This document shows, one piece after another, positions 26,606-37,491 of a stretch of DNA of 64,000 nucleotides. How positions within the stretch are numbered: the first letter of the stretch is position 1; each line of letters starts with the position of its first letter. The DNA comes from a candidate division FCPU426 bacterium (GTDB taxonomy: Bacteria > Oederibacteriota > Muellerivitia > Muellerivitales > Muellerivitaceae). The DNA lies in assembly GCA_963771075.1 (NCBI GenBank), contig CAVYSE010000001.1, positions 1 through 64,000 of the forward strand, written 5' to 3'. Under the pieces are notes generated by a model, which saw only the letters and a program-made list of their open reading frames with translations, did no database searches and was not told where the DNA came from. Position numbers and translations under genes: made by a program.

Positions 26606-28165
26606 ATGAAGAAAATGTTTTTATTTTTATGCGCTTTTTTGTTGGTGTCAGTCACTACCTGGATGACCTCTTGCGGTTCCAAGAGCAGTCCCACCACCCC
26701 CCCCGCGGCACCCGCGAATACCGCCACCATCACCAACAGCCCGACGATTACGCTATCACCCACTCGGACCCAGTCGCCCACGTCCACTTCGACCATTACG
26801 GTGACCTCATCTCCCACTCAAACTTTTACCTCGACCAGTACGGCCACGGCCACCAACAGCTCTACCCCGTCCTTGAGCCCGACGACCACCTTTAGCCCGA
26901 CAGTCACTTTGAGCCCAACCGCCACTTTGAGCCCCACCTCGACCACGAGCCCCACCGACACCAGCACAACCACGGCCACGGTCTCACCCACATATACCGG
27001 CACCCCGTCCGCCACGACCTCGCCCACCTCCACCTCGACCATCACCAGCACCCCTACGGTCACGGAAAGCCCCACCCAAACCTTGAGCCCGACGATAACG
27101 CCTTCCACGCTCTATAGCATCAGCGGGAGCGTGAGTTATACGGGGAGCTTGACGAGCGTGACGTCGGGCCATCCCATTGTGATTTTATGCAGTACAACCA
27201 ACACCTTTTCGACCCACTTTTTGGGGACGGAGGTCAGTACCAATAATAGCGCCTTTAGCTTCCCGGTCTCCGCGGCCGGTACCTATTACCTAAGCCTGTC
27301 GGTGGGGACAGTGAACATACCATCTTGTCAGCAAAATCAAATCACCCAAGGGGCGGTCTTGGGTGTTTATGGGTCCTGCACGACTGGCCTCACCCCGATC
27401 ACAGTGACCGGTAATACCACGGGTATCGGTGTGACATTTGGCGACTCTTCTTGCGACAAGTACGTCGGGGAGTCGGGGGGCGTGACCTACACGGGGAGCC
27501 TGGCTCCCATTTCCTCTTCCAACCCGATTGTTCTGCGCAGCTATTCGGACACGAGCTATACATCCATGGTTGGGGAAGACAAAATCACCTGCAACAATAC
27601 CACTTACAGCGAGCCGGCGACGACGGGAACTCCGGCCGAGTACCTCCAGGCCTTTGTGGATCTGAATGGCGATGAAACCCTCGATCCGGGAGATCCTTAT
27701 ATTAACCTGGGACAATATACGCCGAGCGCCGCACTGAATATCCCCGTCAGTTTTGGCGATAACAACATCTACACCAATCCCTATACCCTTACCGGAACCT
27801 TGACTTATCAAGGCGCGGGAAGCAACAACCTTTTTATGGTCCTTCAAGAAGGTCAAAATCCTGTTTCCGTCATCGGGCCCATCACCAATGGGGGGACCTA
27901 CACCCTTCCGAGCCTCACCGAGGCTTCCCAACTGTATGCCGGTTACGATAATACCGGCAACGGAATCGAGATCGTCGGCACGAATGTTTTGCAAGGCAAC
28001 GGCGCCAGTCTTACGGGGTCGGGAGATGTGATCGTTTTGGATGGATACACCGGAGGTTGCCCAAATACCGGCGGCCAGTCGGGTACCTCTTATAGCACCA
28101 CCGGCACGGTCAGTATCACTTGGGGGGGAACCACGGGTCAAAGTGGAACGAGTTGCACGAAATAA
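26606..28165 (+). CDS. lipoprotein with a Thr/Ser/Pro-rich linker
   Basis: Signal peptide ending MTSC, long T/S/P tract, repeated beta-rich domains. Confidence 0.8.
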   Translation: MKKMFLFLCAFLLVSVTTWMTSCGSKSSPTTPPAAPANTATITNSPTITLSPTRTQSPTSTSTITVTSSPTQTFTSTSTATATNSSTPSLSPTTTFSPTVTLSPTATLSPTSTTSPTDTSTTTATVSPTYTGTPSATTSPTSTSTITSTPTVTESPTQTLSPTITPSTLYSISGSVSYTGSLTSVTSGHPIVILCSTTNTFSTHFLGTEVSTNNSAFSFPVSAAGTYYLSLSVGTVNIPSCQQNQITQGAVLGVYGSCTTGLTPITVTGNTTGIGVTFGDSSCDKYVGESGGVTYTGSLAPISSSNPIVLRSYSDTSYTSMVGEDKITCNNTTYSEPATTGTPAEYLQAFVDLNGDETLDPGDPYINLGQYTPSAALNIPVSFGDNNIYTNPYTLTGTLTYQGAGSNNLFMVLQEGQNPVSVIGPITNGGTYTLPSLTEASQLYAGYDNTGNGIEIVGTNVLQGNGASLTGSGDVIVLDGYTGGCPNTGGQSGTSYSTTGTVSITWGGTTGQSGTSCTK

Positions 28166-28193
28166 AATAGCCCAATAAACTGCCGTCGGTTTC

Positions 28194-28228
28194 AAGCCCG
28201 CTCCCTTAAAGGGGGGCGGGCTTTTTTT
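28194..28228 (+). terminator. Rho-independent terminator
   Basis: AAGCCCGCTCCC-TTAAA-GGGGGGCGGGCTT followed by a T-run. Confidence 0.85.
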
Positions 28229-28501
28229 ATCAGCACCACAAAAGGCTCAGGCATCTTAGTTTGCGTTCCAATTAGAGGCCACGGCGGGAATGCGTTTGGC
28301 ACAGAAAAAATCATTAACAGTTCAAATCATCCTTCGTTTTGGTCGATGTAACCCCCCCATTTCCTCGTATTCCTTCAAAATCATGCGGGAGTAAATCCAA
28401 AACTAAAAATTAACAAAATGTAAAGTGTGACTTAAGTTATATCTATAAGTGTCGATGACGATTAAAAAGGGGGGGATGAAAATTTAACCAAGGGGTAAAA
28501 A

Positions 28502-30757
28502 ATGGAAATTTCTAAAGCTTGGCGGCATGCGGCGGTGCTGGTCCTGGTCATCGGCTTCACCGTCCTCATGTTCATGGGAAAAAATCTTTATGACAACGCG
28601 CCTCCTATTCCAACCAAGGTGGTCGATGCCACCGGCCAAACACTTTTCACGGGTGATGATATTTTGGCGGGCCAGGCGGTTTTTCAAAGATATGGCCTGA
28701 TGGACTACGGGTCGGTGTTTGGACACGGAGCCTATCGGGGGCCGGATTTCACGGATGACTACCTTCACCGTTCCGCTTGGATCCAAAGGGACCTAAAAGC
28801 CCAGGCGCAACTCAAACAATCCTACGCCGCCTTATCTGGCCCGCAAAAGGCCCAGGTCGACCAGCAGGTGGTCGCGGACGCCAAGACCAACCGATACGAC
28901 GAATCCACCCAAACGCTCACATGGACTTCCGAACAGGCCCAGGCCTGGCCGTCCCTCGAAAAGCATTACGAGGATATGTTCATCAATAGCGGGGAAGACC
29001 ATACCCTTCCCAAGAATTACATCAAGACCACGGACGAGGTGCGGCAGATCACCGACTTCTTCGCCTGGACCTCCTGGGTGGCCTCCACCCAAAGGCCTGG
29101 AAAAAACTACAGCTACACCAACAACTGGCCTCCCGAGGACGCGGTGGGCAACCGACCCACGAAGGCCGTCTTCCTCTGGAGCGCCTTGTCGCTCATTTCC
29201 CTCCTGGGCGGCATCGCCCTGGTGCTCATGTTCTTCGGGCGGTTCGACTACCTGGGCTGGGGCGGGGAGGAACCCGCGATTCGAAAAAGCATCCCCTTGA
29301 AAGATTTCAAGATCACCCCGAGCCAAGTGGCCACTTATAAATACTTTCTCATCGTGGCCCTGCTCTTCGCCTTCCAGACCCTGATGGGGGTCTTCACGGC
29401 CCATTATTTCGTCGAGGCCACAGGCTTTTACGGCATCGACATAAGAAACATCCTTCCCACCACCATCACCCGCACTTGGCACCTGCAGCTTTCCATCTTC
29501 TGGATCGCGACCGCCTGGCTGGCCGCCGGGCTTTTCATCGCGCCCTTCATCGGCAAGCGGGAACCCAAGCACCAGGCCTTCTGGGTCAACGTGCTCTTCG
29601 GGGCGGTGGTGCTGGTGGCCGTCGGCTCCATCGTGGGCGAGTACTTAGGGATCAAGGCGCAGTTGGGCCAGTATTGGTTCTGGTTCGGCCACCAGGGCTG
29701 GGAATATCTGGAACTGGGCCGGTTCTGGCAGGCGCTGTTGACGGCGGGCATGGTCATATGGGCCGTGCTGGTCATTCGGGCCGTCTGGGGCCGATTGAAG
29801 GGGCAGGATTGGGGCAGCATGCCTTACCTGCTGGTTTACGCCATATTGGCGATCCCCCTCATGTTCTCGGCGGGCATGCTCTATACCCCCAAGACCAATT
29901 TCGCCATCGCGGATTTCTGGCGCTGGTGGGTGGTCCATTTGTGGGTGGAAAGCTTCTTCGAACTCTTCACCACCGTGGTCGTGGCCTACTTCTTCGTGGT
30001 ATTGGGGCTCGTGACCACCAAGACCGCCATCCGGGTCGTGTACCTGGATATCATCCTCTTTCTCGGCTCGGGCATGATCGGTACCGGCCACCATTTCTAC
30101 TGGACCGCCCAGCCCGCCATCAACCTGGCCCTGGGAGCCTTCTTCTCGGCCATGGAGGTGGTGCCGCTCCTCCTGTTGACCCTGGAAGCCTATGATTTCG
30201 CGAAGCTCAGGCGCGGTGAGGCGGGCACGAAGGAAAATGACGGCTTTTTCGCGCACTACTGGGCCATCATGTTCCTCATCGCCGTGGGTTTTTGGAACTT
30301 CCTGGGCGCGGGGGTTTTCGGCTTCCTCATCAACCTGCCCATCGTCAGCTACTACGAGCACGCCACCTACCTGACGCCCAACCACGGCCACGCGGCCCTG
30401 ATGGGTGTCTACGGCAACCTGGCCATCGCGGCCCTGGTGTTCGTGCTGAGGTTCCTGGTCAAGCCCGAGTTCTGGTCCAACCGCATCCTGAAAATTTCCT
30501 TCTGGTCCTTGCAAATCGGGCTGATGATGATGCTCCTATTGGATATCTTTCCGGTGGGCATCATGGAAATGGTCTCGAGCTACACCCACGGTTATTGGTT
30601 CGCCCGCAGCCCGGAATTCTGGAACCAACCCCTGGTGCAGAAACTCACCTGGGCGAGGGTCGCGGGGGATTTGGTATTCGTTGTCGGAGGGGTACTGCCC
30701 TTGCTTTACTTCACGGCCAGGTCCATGTTCCATTTGAAAAAGGCGGATAATACCTAA
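28502..30757 (+). CDS. norB: quinol-dependent nitric oxide reductase (qNor)
   Basis: GSVFGHGAYRGPDFT, WWVVHLWVE, GTGHHFYW, HGHAALMGVYG. Confidence 0.95.
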   Translation: MEISKAWRHAAVLVLVIGFTVLMFMGKNLYDNAPPIPTKVVDATGQTLFTGDDILAGQAVFQRYGLMDYGSVFGHGAYRGPDFTDDYLHRSAWIQRDLKAQAQLKQSYAALSGPQKAQVDQQVVADAKTNRYDESTQTLTWTSEQAQAWPSLEKHYEDMFINSGEDHTLPKNYIKTTDEVRQITDFFAWTSWVASTQRPGKNYSYTNNWPPEDAVGNRPTKAVFLWSALSLISLLGGIALVLMFFGRFDYLGWGGEEPAIRKSIPLKDFKITPSQVATYKYFLIVALLFAFQTLMGVFTAHYFVEATGFYGIDIRNILPTTITRTWHLQLSIFWIATAWLAAGLFIAPFIGKREPKHQAFWVNVLFGAVVLVAVGSIVGEYLGIKAQLGQYWFWFGHQGWEYLELGRFWQALLTAGMVIWAVLVIRAVWGRLKGQDWGSMPYLLVYAILAIPLMFSAGMLYTPKTNFAIADFWRWWVVHLWVESFFELFTTVVVAYFFVVLGLVTTKTAIRVVYLDIILFLGSGMIGTGHHFYWTAQPAINLALGAFFSAMEVVPLLLLTLEAYDFAKLRRGEAGTKENDGFFAHYWAIMFLIAVGFWNFLGAGVFGFLINLPIVSYYEHATYLTPNHGHAALMGVYGNLAIAALVFVLRFLVKPEFWSNRILKISFWSLQIGLMMMLLLDIFPVGIMEMVSSYTHGYWFARSPEFWNQPLVQKLTWARVAGDLVFVVGGVLPLLYFTARSMFHLKKADNT

Positions 30758-30837
30758 AACCCTTAAACGGTTAACCATTCCGGGCCGGGGGAGCCTGCCC
30801 GGAATGGACCCACCGGGCTCTTGGGGGGAAAAACATC

Positions 30838-31281
30838 ATGAAACGCGAGAAATATCTTTGGCCGCTTAGCCAGTCCCACCACCGGGCCCTCGTGGCCGCC
30901 AAAAGGGTGAAAGAACAGCTGTCCTCCGTCCCGCCGGGCGGGGAAGCAACCCGAATTTTAAAGATATCCTCCGAATTAAAAGAACTTTGGGCGGGTGAAC
31001 TGTGCCAGCATTTTTGGGACGAGGAAAGGATATTGGCACTTTTCGAGGATCGGATGGGACGCAACGATCCGGACGTGGAAAAGATAAGGAAGGAACACCG
31101 CCTTTTGGAATCTTTTCTCGCCCTCGGCACCGGAGAAAGTCTCGCCCAGTTCGCCGAAACACTGGTTTCCCATATCCGCTTCGAAGAGGATATTTTTTTC
31201 GGGCGAATGGAGAAGGTTTTTTACGATGCCGATCCATTGACCGTTTCCCAAATTCTTCTTAGAGACTATAACAATACCTAA
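30838..31281 (+). CDS. hemerythrin-like domain protein
   Basis: LSQSHHRAL, HFWDEE, EH, HIRFEE. Confidence 0.8.
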   Translation: MKREKYLWPLSQSHHRALVAAKRVKEQLSSVPPGGEATRILKISSELKELWAGELCQHFWDEERILALFEDRMGRNDPDVEKIRKEHRLLESFLALGTGESLAQFAETLVSHIRFEEDIFFGRMEKVFYDADPLTVSQILLRDYNNT

Positions 31282-31756
31282 TTTGACCACAGGCCGCCTT
31301 TGGCGGCCACATGCCGACCTTCCATAAACCCATTAAGGAGGTCGGTATAGTCCAGCTATCTTTGGCCCTAAGGGCCAAAGGGACAGAGGCACAGAGAAAA
31401 ACCTTTCTAAATTCAAGGAATCTTAAACCCTTTGTCCGGGTTTACTCTGTCCCCTTTCGCCCAAAAGGCGAAAGAAATCGGGACAATGCCGACTCCATTA
31501 AATGTCTCATGGATGGTCGGCATGTGTCTCCGTGTCTCTGTGGTAAATATTGGGTTTTGTTAGAGGTTCTTAATCATCCCGCCCCGGGGGTGTGTCGAAA
31601 GGCCGAATGATTGACAATGCAAAAGGAATTGCATGATTTTGTCAAAATAAAACAGGTCCCGCCGACTTTTCTTCCTCAAAAAACTAAAAGGCTTATTTCT
31701 ATTTCGGGATGGCTTCCCAATAATCAAAACATGAAGCATTTTTGGGGAGGCCTTCC

Positions 31757-31987
31757 ATGGGAAAAATTCTTTCTTGGGCGCGGCGTCTTGGTTTTTTTGC
31801 GTTAGCCGCGATGGGTTGGATGGCGACGGCGGGTTTTTGCGAGACGGGGGATTTTACGCCCAAGCATATTCCCTTAAGCCCGCAATTAACCCATCCCCAC
31901 AACGGATGGATCGCCTACATGCCATTCTTATTGATGGCCCTGGTGGCCTTCGTTTTCTGGTGGGAATTCAGGCACCGTTCCAGCTGA
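31757..31987 (+). CDS. small membrane protein
   Basis: GGAGG RBS, two hydrophobic stretches; stop abuts the ClC start. Confidence 0.55.
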   Translation: MGKILSWARRLGFFALAAMGWMATAGFCETGDFTPKHIPLSPQLTHPHNGWIAYMPFLLMALVAFVFWWEFRHRSS

Positions 31988-33853
31988 ATGGACAAAAAAG
32001 CGGATTTTTCCACCAACCGGCGGGTTCTCTTCATTTCGGCCATTGCTTTAGTGGTCGGTTCGATCTGTTCCCTCATTGCGGTGCTTCTCCTGAAGACCAT
32101 TTATTTTTTCACGAACTTATTTTTCTACCAGCAATTTTCCCTTGCCTTCCGATCCCCCGCCGACAACCACTTGGGGTGGCTGGTCATACTGGTCCCCGTT
32201 TTGGGTGGACTGTTGATCGGGTTCATGGCCCGGTATGGATCGGACCGGATCCGTGGACACGGCATTCCGGAAGCCTTGGAGGCGATTCTTTTTAACAAGA
32301 GCCTCATGGACCCCCGCTTGGCCGTGATCAAGCCCCTTTCAGCGGCCATCTCCATCGGTTCCGGGGGGCCCTTTGGGGCGGAAGGTCCTATCATCATGAC
32401 GGGTGGGGCTTTCGGTTCCATCATCGCCCAGGTTTTCCATCTTACGGCGGTCGAGCGGCGAACCCTGCTGGTGGCGGGGGCCGCCGCGGGCATGTCCGCT
32501 ACCTTCGCCACCCCGGTCGCGGCGGTGCTTTTGGCGGTCGAGCTTTTACTTTTTGAATGGAAGCCCCGGAGCCTGGTTCCCGTCGCCCTGGCAAGCGCGG
32601 TGGCGGCCGCCATCCGTCCGCTGGTGTTGGGGGCGGGACCCCTCTTTCCCATGCCGCCCCAGGGTCCATTGCCTTTCCAAGACTTGGGGTGGGCCGTTTT
32701 CGTGGGCCTCATCGCCGGATTATTCGCGACCTTGGTAACGGGAGCGGTTTATAAGTTCGAGGATTTATTTCAAAAGCTTTCGATTCATTGGATGTGGTGG
32801 CCGGCCATGGGAGGATTGGCCATTGGGTTGGGTGGGTATTTCCAGCCCCGTGCCTTGGGCGTGGGATATGACGTCATCGCGAATTTCTTGAGGGGAAACA
32901 TGGCCCTCAGCGCCGTGATTACGCTTGTTTTGGTGAAGGGCTTGATCTGGTCCTTCTCACTCGGGTCGGGGACTTCCGGGGGCGTGCTAGCGCCCTTGCT
33001 GATGATGGGGAGCGGATTGGGGTTAGTGGAAGCTTCCTTTCTCCCGCCGGATTCCGCGTCTTTATGGCCCTTGGTGAGCATGGCCGCCCTATTGGGGGGT
33101 GTGATGCGGTCGCCCTTTACGGCGATTCTTTTCGGCCTCGAATTGACCCACGATCAAGATGCTCTCCTCCCCCTATTGATCGCCACCATGGCCGCCCACC
33201 TGTTTACGGTGCTGGTCATGAAAAGATCAATCCTTACCGAGAAGGTGGCCCGCCGGGGATTCCATATTTTCAGGGAATATTCCGTGGATGTCCTGGAAAG
33301 GGTTCACGTGGAGGATGTGATGACCCGGGAGGTCGTATCCATTCCGGCCCGGATGAAAGTGAGGGAAGTGGTCCTGAAATACTTCGCCGACGGCCGGAAG
33401 CAAAGGGGTTACCCCCTGGTGGACGGACGGCGCCAATTGGTGGGGGTCATCACCTCATCCGATCTATTGATCCGATCCTCCATCGCTGAAATCGAGAATC
33501 AGCCGGTGAGGGATTTAATCGCAAAGAAGCCCATCGTGGCCTACCCGGATGAGAATTGCCGGGATATAGCGGCCCGCATGGCCGCCGAAGCGGTCGGCCG
33601 CCTGCCGGTGGTGGAAAGGGACCATCCCCGGAAAATGGTCGGGATTATATCCCGAAGCGATCTTTTCAAGCCTTCGGTGAAATACCTTGAGGAATATGAC
33701 GTGAGGGAAGCCTACCTTTTGAGGCAAACAAAAAAACAAGTTGAAAAAAACGACAAAGTTATCCCCTTCCCGTTAGAAAATTTAAATTTATCCTCAGTTC
33801 GCGGGGGGAAAAAGGCCGAGAGAAACTTAATTTCAGTTCCGCGCTCCAGATAA
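31988..33853 (+). CDS. ClC-family anion channel/transporter with a CBS pair
   Basis: GHGIPE, GAEGP, GTSGGVLAP, CBS domains. Confidence 0.92.
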   Translation: MDKKADFSTNRRVLFISAIALVVGSICSLIAVLLLKTIYFFTNLFFYQQFSLAFRSPADNHLGWLVILVPVLGGLLIGFMARYGSDRIRGHGIPEALEAILFNKSLMDPRLAVIKPLSAAISIGSGGPFGAEGPIIMTGGAFGSIIAQVFHLTAVERRTLLVAGAAAGMSATFATPVAAVLLAVELLLFEWKPRSLVPVALASAVAAAIRPLVLGAGPLFPMPPQGPLPFQDLGWAVFVGLIAGLFATLVTGAVYKFEDLFQKLSIHWMWWPAMGGLAIGLGGYFQPRALGVGYDVIANFLRGNMALSAVITLVLVKGLIWSFSLGSGTSGGVLAPLLMMGSGLGLVEASFLPPDSASLWPLVSMAALLGGVMRSPFTAILFGLELTHDQDALLPLLIATMAAHLFTVLVMKRSILTEKVARRGFHIFREYSVDVLERVHVEDVMTREVVSIPARMKVREVVLKYFADGRKQRGYPLVDGRRQLVGVITSSDLLIRSSIAEIENQPVRDLIAKKPIVAYPDENCRDIAARMAAEAVGRLPVVERDHPRKMVGIISRSDLFKPSVKYLEEYDVREAYLLRQTKKQVEKNDKVIPFPLENLNLSSVRGGKKAERNLISVPRSR

Positions 33854-34262
33854 TAAAGCGGTTGATGATTATTTTACGGATAAATTTCCACAAGGCCCCA
33901 GGCCCGAAGGACCCGGCCGGTTGGGAAATCGGGGTCAAGTTGGACGGCAAGGGCTAACCTTTTCAGTGTTGGCCAGGTGACTAGGCCCCTTGGTTCATTA
34001 TTTCCTGTCTAAAACGAGGCTTCCAAGGAGGTACTTCGTACAAATTGTACGATGGAAAACAAATGGATTTTGGGCTTGGAAGCTCTTACCCCGCCTACCC
34101 CATAAAACAAGGGATTTGATTGGCGGATACTCCGCAAATGAAAATAAGGGAATTTGGGGGTATCGGGATTGCTGCCCAGGCTCCGGACAAACCAACAGGT
34201 CTTGCTGCCAATTAGCCGTCGTCCGCCGACGTTTAATTTGCAGCAACAGCCCAAAATCGAGG

Positions 34263-34293
34263 TTTTAATTGTCGGATACTCCGACAATTAAAA
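34263..34293. repeat. perfect 14-bp-stem palindrome with a degenerate copy at ~34115-34145
   Basis: TTTTAATTGTCGGA-TAC-TCCGACAATTAAAA. Confidence 0.8.
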
Positions 34294-34636
34294 TAAGGGA
34301 AATCTGGGCATTCTTGAAAAATTCAAGAATTTGAATAAAACCCTTATTTTTGATGGGCGCCGGGCGCCCACTCATTTAAAGGGTTTTTGAGGGGGTGTCG
34401 GTCCAGCGTCCAATTAACGGATTCGAATCGGCTACGCTCGCTCAATTTGAATTTGTCCCTCGATGAAGAATTGGACGCAAGAATCTGTCCGGTCGGTCAA
34501 ACTTGCCAAACATTGGCGGAATCCCTATTAGACCTTGGAAAATTTGGGGGAGAAATTGGCAGGTAGGGGCGGTCTATCCCGTCTAATTCGCCAAGTCTTG
34601 GCGACCACCCTGTGGTCAGACCCCTATGATCCGATT

Positions 34637-34861
34637 TTATCGAACGATGGCTTTCCCCGTCATAACCTGGATTTTATTCGTTTTGCCCTGGCCCCCGCTC
34701 TTGGGCTGGAAGGGGGGTGTTTTTAGTTTTCCCTTAGTTTCCCCTTTCATCGGGCCCGAATAGGGGGGGCGGGTGTGTTTACGCTTTTGAACCGTCTGGG
34801 CCCAGCTTGCCGACGCCGCCAAGAAAACCACGGCCATCGCAATCGTTAATAATTTCCTCAT
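34637..34861 (-). CDS. small secreted protein
   Basis: Signal peptide MRKLLTIAMAVVFLAASASWA, GGAGG RBS. Confidence 0.65.
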   Translation of the reverse strand: MRKLLTIAMAVVFLAASASWAQTVQKRKHTRPPYSGPMKGETKGKLKTPPFQPKSGGQGKTNKIQVMTGKAIVR

Positions 34862-34876
34862 GAAAACCTCCTTGAT

Positions 34877-36064
34877 TTACGGTTGCCAATCCTTGAATTC
34901 CTTCACTAGGCAATTTCCGTTATCCGCCACGAATAAGTCATCGGTCGTATCCATTGACAAATCGGCAGGTTCAAAAAAACCGTCGATTTCCCCCAGGTAC
35001 TGCCCTTGGACTGAGGCATAAACCACACGGTTCTTTTGGATGTCAGACAGGAAAAGATTGCCTTGGGTGTCCACCGCGACACCGTAAATAAAACCCATGG
35101 GAATCGTCCATGTCGATCCACTGAAGGAATTCGCGAATTGATACTGGGGAGTGAATTTAAAAATGCCCACATTATCCGAACTATCCACACCGGAAGCATA
35201 AAGATTTCCGCCCGCGTCGATCGCCATGGTACAGGGGTAATAAGACCCGGGTGTGGTCTGGTTGAGGATGGAGTCGTCCTCCCAGGCAAGGTTCACGATC
35301 GTTCCGGCGGAAAAATTAGCGACTACCAGGTTACCCTGGGCGTCGATCTTGACGCCGGTGGGTTTTTGGTAATTCCCCTGGCCAGTCCAGGTGTAGTCGT
35401 AAACGGCCCCCTGGGGGCCCAGGTAATAACCCAATACACCGGTTAGTGACGCGGCGATATAAAGTTCACCGTAGGAATCAATGGCTAAGTCGCTAGGATC
35501 GATGGTTGGGATGTCGTAAAGAAATTGGTTGTTCATGTCGAAAATCTGGACGTCGGTGTGACCGTCGCTGACAGCGATATAACCGGCTCCCACCGCGACC
35601 GCCGCGGGGCAGTTAACGGAAAGAGCAGTGACGGTCGGTGTGACCGTCGTCGTGCTGGTGAAAGTGCTTGTGTCGGTCACATGGAACCTTTGGGTGAAAG
35701 TCGGGGTTGCCGTTAGAGTGTAGGTATTTGTGGGGGTGGGGCTTGCGGTAGGCGAAGGCGACGTCGAGGGGGTCGGGATAACGGTATTCGTGCCCGTGGG
35801 TAGGGGTGTGGCGAGAACCACGATGGTTACGGGCGTGGCGGTAGGCAAAAAGGTTGAGGTGGAGACCGGGGTGGTGGTGTGGGTGGCTGTTAAGGTGGCA
35901 GTCAGCGTGCCCGATGGAAAGGTCGGGGTGTAGGTCGGCGTAACCAGAACCGTTACGGGGGCAGGCGCTGCAGGCGTGGGATTCGAACCGCATGCGATCG
36001 GGGAAAATACCACACAAGCTAAAAACAGCAGGCAGGACAATAAAAGATAATAGGTGCGGTTCAA
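34877..36064 (-). CDS. lipoprotein with a Thr-rich linker and NHL-repeat propeller
   Basis: Lipobox-like PIAC, TPT tract, PTGVKIDAQGNLVVA-type repeats. Confidence 0.8.
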   Translation of the reverse strand: MNRTYYLLLSCLLFLACVVFSPIACGSNPTPAAPAPVTVLVTPTYTPTFPSGTLTATLTATHTTTPVSTSTFLPTATPVTIVVLATPLPTGTNTVIPTPSTSPSPTASPTPTNTYTLTATPTFTQRFHVTDTSTFTSTTTVTPTVTALSVNCPAAVAVGAGYIAVSDGHTDVQIFDMNNQFLYDIPTIDPSDLAIDSYGELYIAASLTGVLGYYLGPQGAVYDYTWTGQGNYQKPTGVKIDAQGNLVVANFSAGTIVNLAWEDDSILNQTTPGSYYPCTMAIDAGGNLYASGVDSSDNVGIFKFTPQYQFANSFSGSTWTIPMGFIYGVAVDTQGNLFLSDIQKNRVVYASVQGQYLGEIDGFFEPADLSMDTTDDLFVADNGNCLVKEFKDWQP

Positions 36065-36646
36065 GGAAGGCCTCCGAAATTGCGTTAAATTCCGGATGGC
36101 CGATGATGAGCGGCACGGGACATTCCGCTCCCCAGCGAACGGAGGATATCTTATCCAATGGGCGGGTATTTAGAAGCCTTATAAGGGTGAAACGGTGGGT
36201 TTTAACAATGAGGACATATGAAAATTCACGACGTGTTAATTGTTTGCAAGGCCCCTTAATTCAGAAGGGTTGTCAACTTGCCTTGAGGCTCGCGAAGGGC
36301 TGCGAACTGCGAACTGTCGACTGCCACTTAGCACGAACCTATTGACCAATCACTCACCCACAAGGTGGGTGATGATGTTAGTGATGCCAACTGATAACAG
36401 TTGGTACAAGGTGAGTGCGAGGTTTAGTAGCCCCAATTGAAATGGACAATTGGGGGGGACTGCCATTTCGGTGCGATAATGATTCGGAGAGGGAAGAAAG
36501 GCCAAAAGTGTTAAATGTGTTGGCTCGGCCCTGGTTCACAAATAACGTATAGTAAACGTTTATAAAAAATACTACTTTTTATAATAGTATTACTAATTGT
36601 AAAAGGTATACTTATATATGTAATCACACTATCTGGAGTTGAAATC

Positions 36647-36916
36647 ATGAAAACGACTGAAAACGCCCCAACAAGAACCGTTATTACGCCCAAAGGCCAA
36701 GTCGTCATTCCCGCGAAAATTCGGCGGCATCTAGGCATCAAGGGGAGTACCCAAGTCAGCATCTATGAAAGAAATGGCGAGATCTGCTTGATTCCGACCA
36801 CCCCTGAAACCATTGAAAACAACTTCGGGCTCCTCAAAGGCGGAAAAGGCAAGATGACCCAGGCTCTGCTTGAGGAAAGAAAGAAAGAACGCGAACGGGA
36901 GGATCTTAAATCTTGA
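36647..36916 (+). CDS. AbrB/MazE-family antitoxin
   Basis: ITPKGQVVIPAKIR. Confidence 0.92.
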   Translation: MKTTENAPTRTVITPKGQVVIPAKIRRHLGIKGSTQVSIYERNGEICLIPTTPETIENNFGLLKGGKGKMTQALLEERKKEREREDLKS

Positions 36917-37311
36917 AACGCTATGTTCTGGATAGTTATGCCCTTATCGCTTATTTCAACGGCGAGGAGGCGGGTAAGAGCGTCACCGAAATACTGAAAA
37001 AAACGCTAGAGGATAACGTTGAAGCCTATATGAGTGTTGTCAATTGGGGGGAACTGTACTACATCACCCATAGGGAACAGGGGCCGGTTCAAGCCGAAAC
37101 TTGCCTTAAAGTCCTGGGTGAATATCCCGTGGAAATCGTGGATGCCAACCAAGCTTTAACTTTGGATGCGGCCAAGTTCAAGGCCGATCACAAAATGTCT
37201 TATGCGGATGCCTTCGCGGCGGCGCTGGCCAAACAAAAAAAGGCCGAACTGGTAACCGGGGATCCGGAATTTAAAGTTTTGGAGAAAGATATAAAAATAA
37301 TTTGGATTTAA
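36913..37311 (+). CDS. vapC: VapC PIN-domain toxin
   Basis: YVLDSYA, MSYADA, LVTGDPEF; 4-nt overlap with the antitoxin. Confidence 0.92.
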   Translation: MKRYVLDSYALIAYFNGEEAGKSVTEILKKTLEDNVEAYMSVVNWGELYYITHREQGPVQAETCLKVLGEYPVEIVDANQALTLDAAKFKADHKMSYADAFAAALAKQKKAELVTGDPEFKVLEKDIKIIWI

Positions 37312-37491
37312 TTTTGTTATTAAGATCACTTCCGTTAAACAGGATAAAGGTTGAGCTTAGGCTTGGCCCCTTGGTTCATGCAGATGGTGGTGGAATTAAC
37401 AAGGGGGATAGATGTTTTCGGGTAGTAGTGTGAGGACTATAATGGGCCCAATTCTGGGTAGCCTATTCGCCGAAAATCTTGAGGTAATGCC

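Noticed and set aside
31311..31610. 99-aa ORF between the hemerythrin and ClC genes
   Set aside because: It overlaps REP-like ACAGAGGCACAGAG / CTCCGTGTCTCTGT palindromic arms and has no RBS or protein features.
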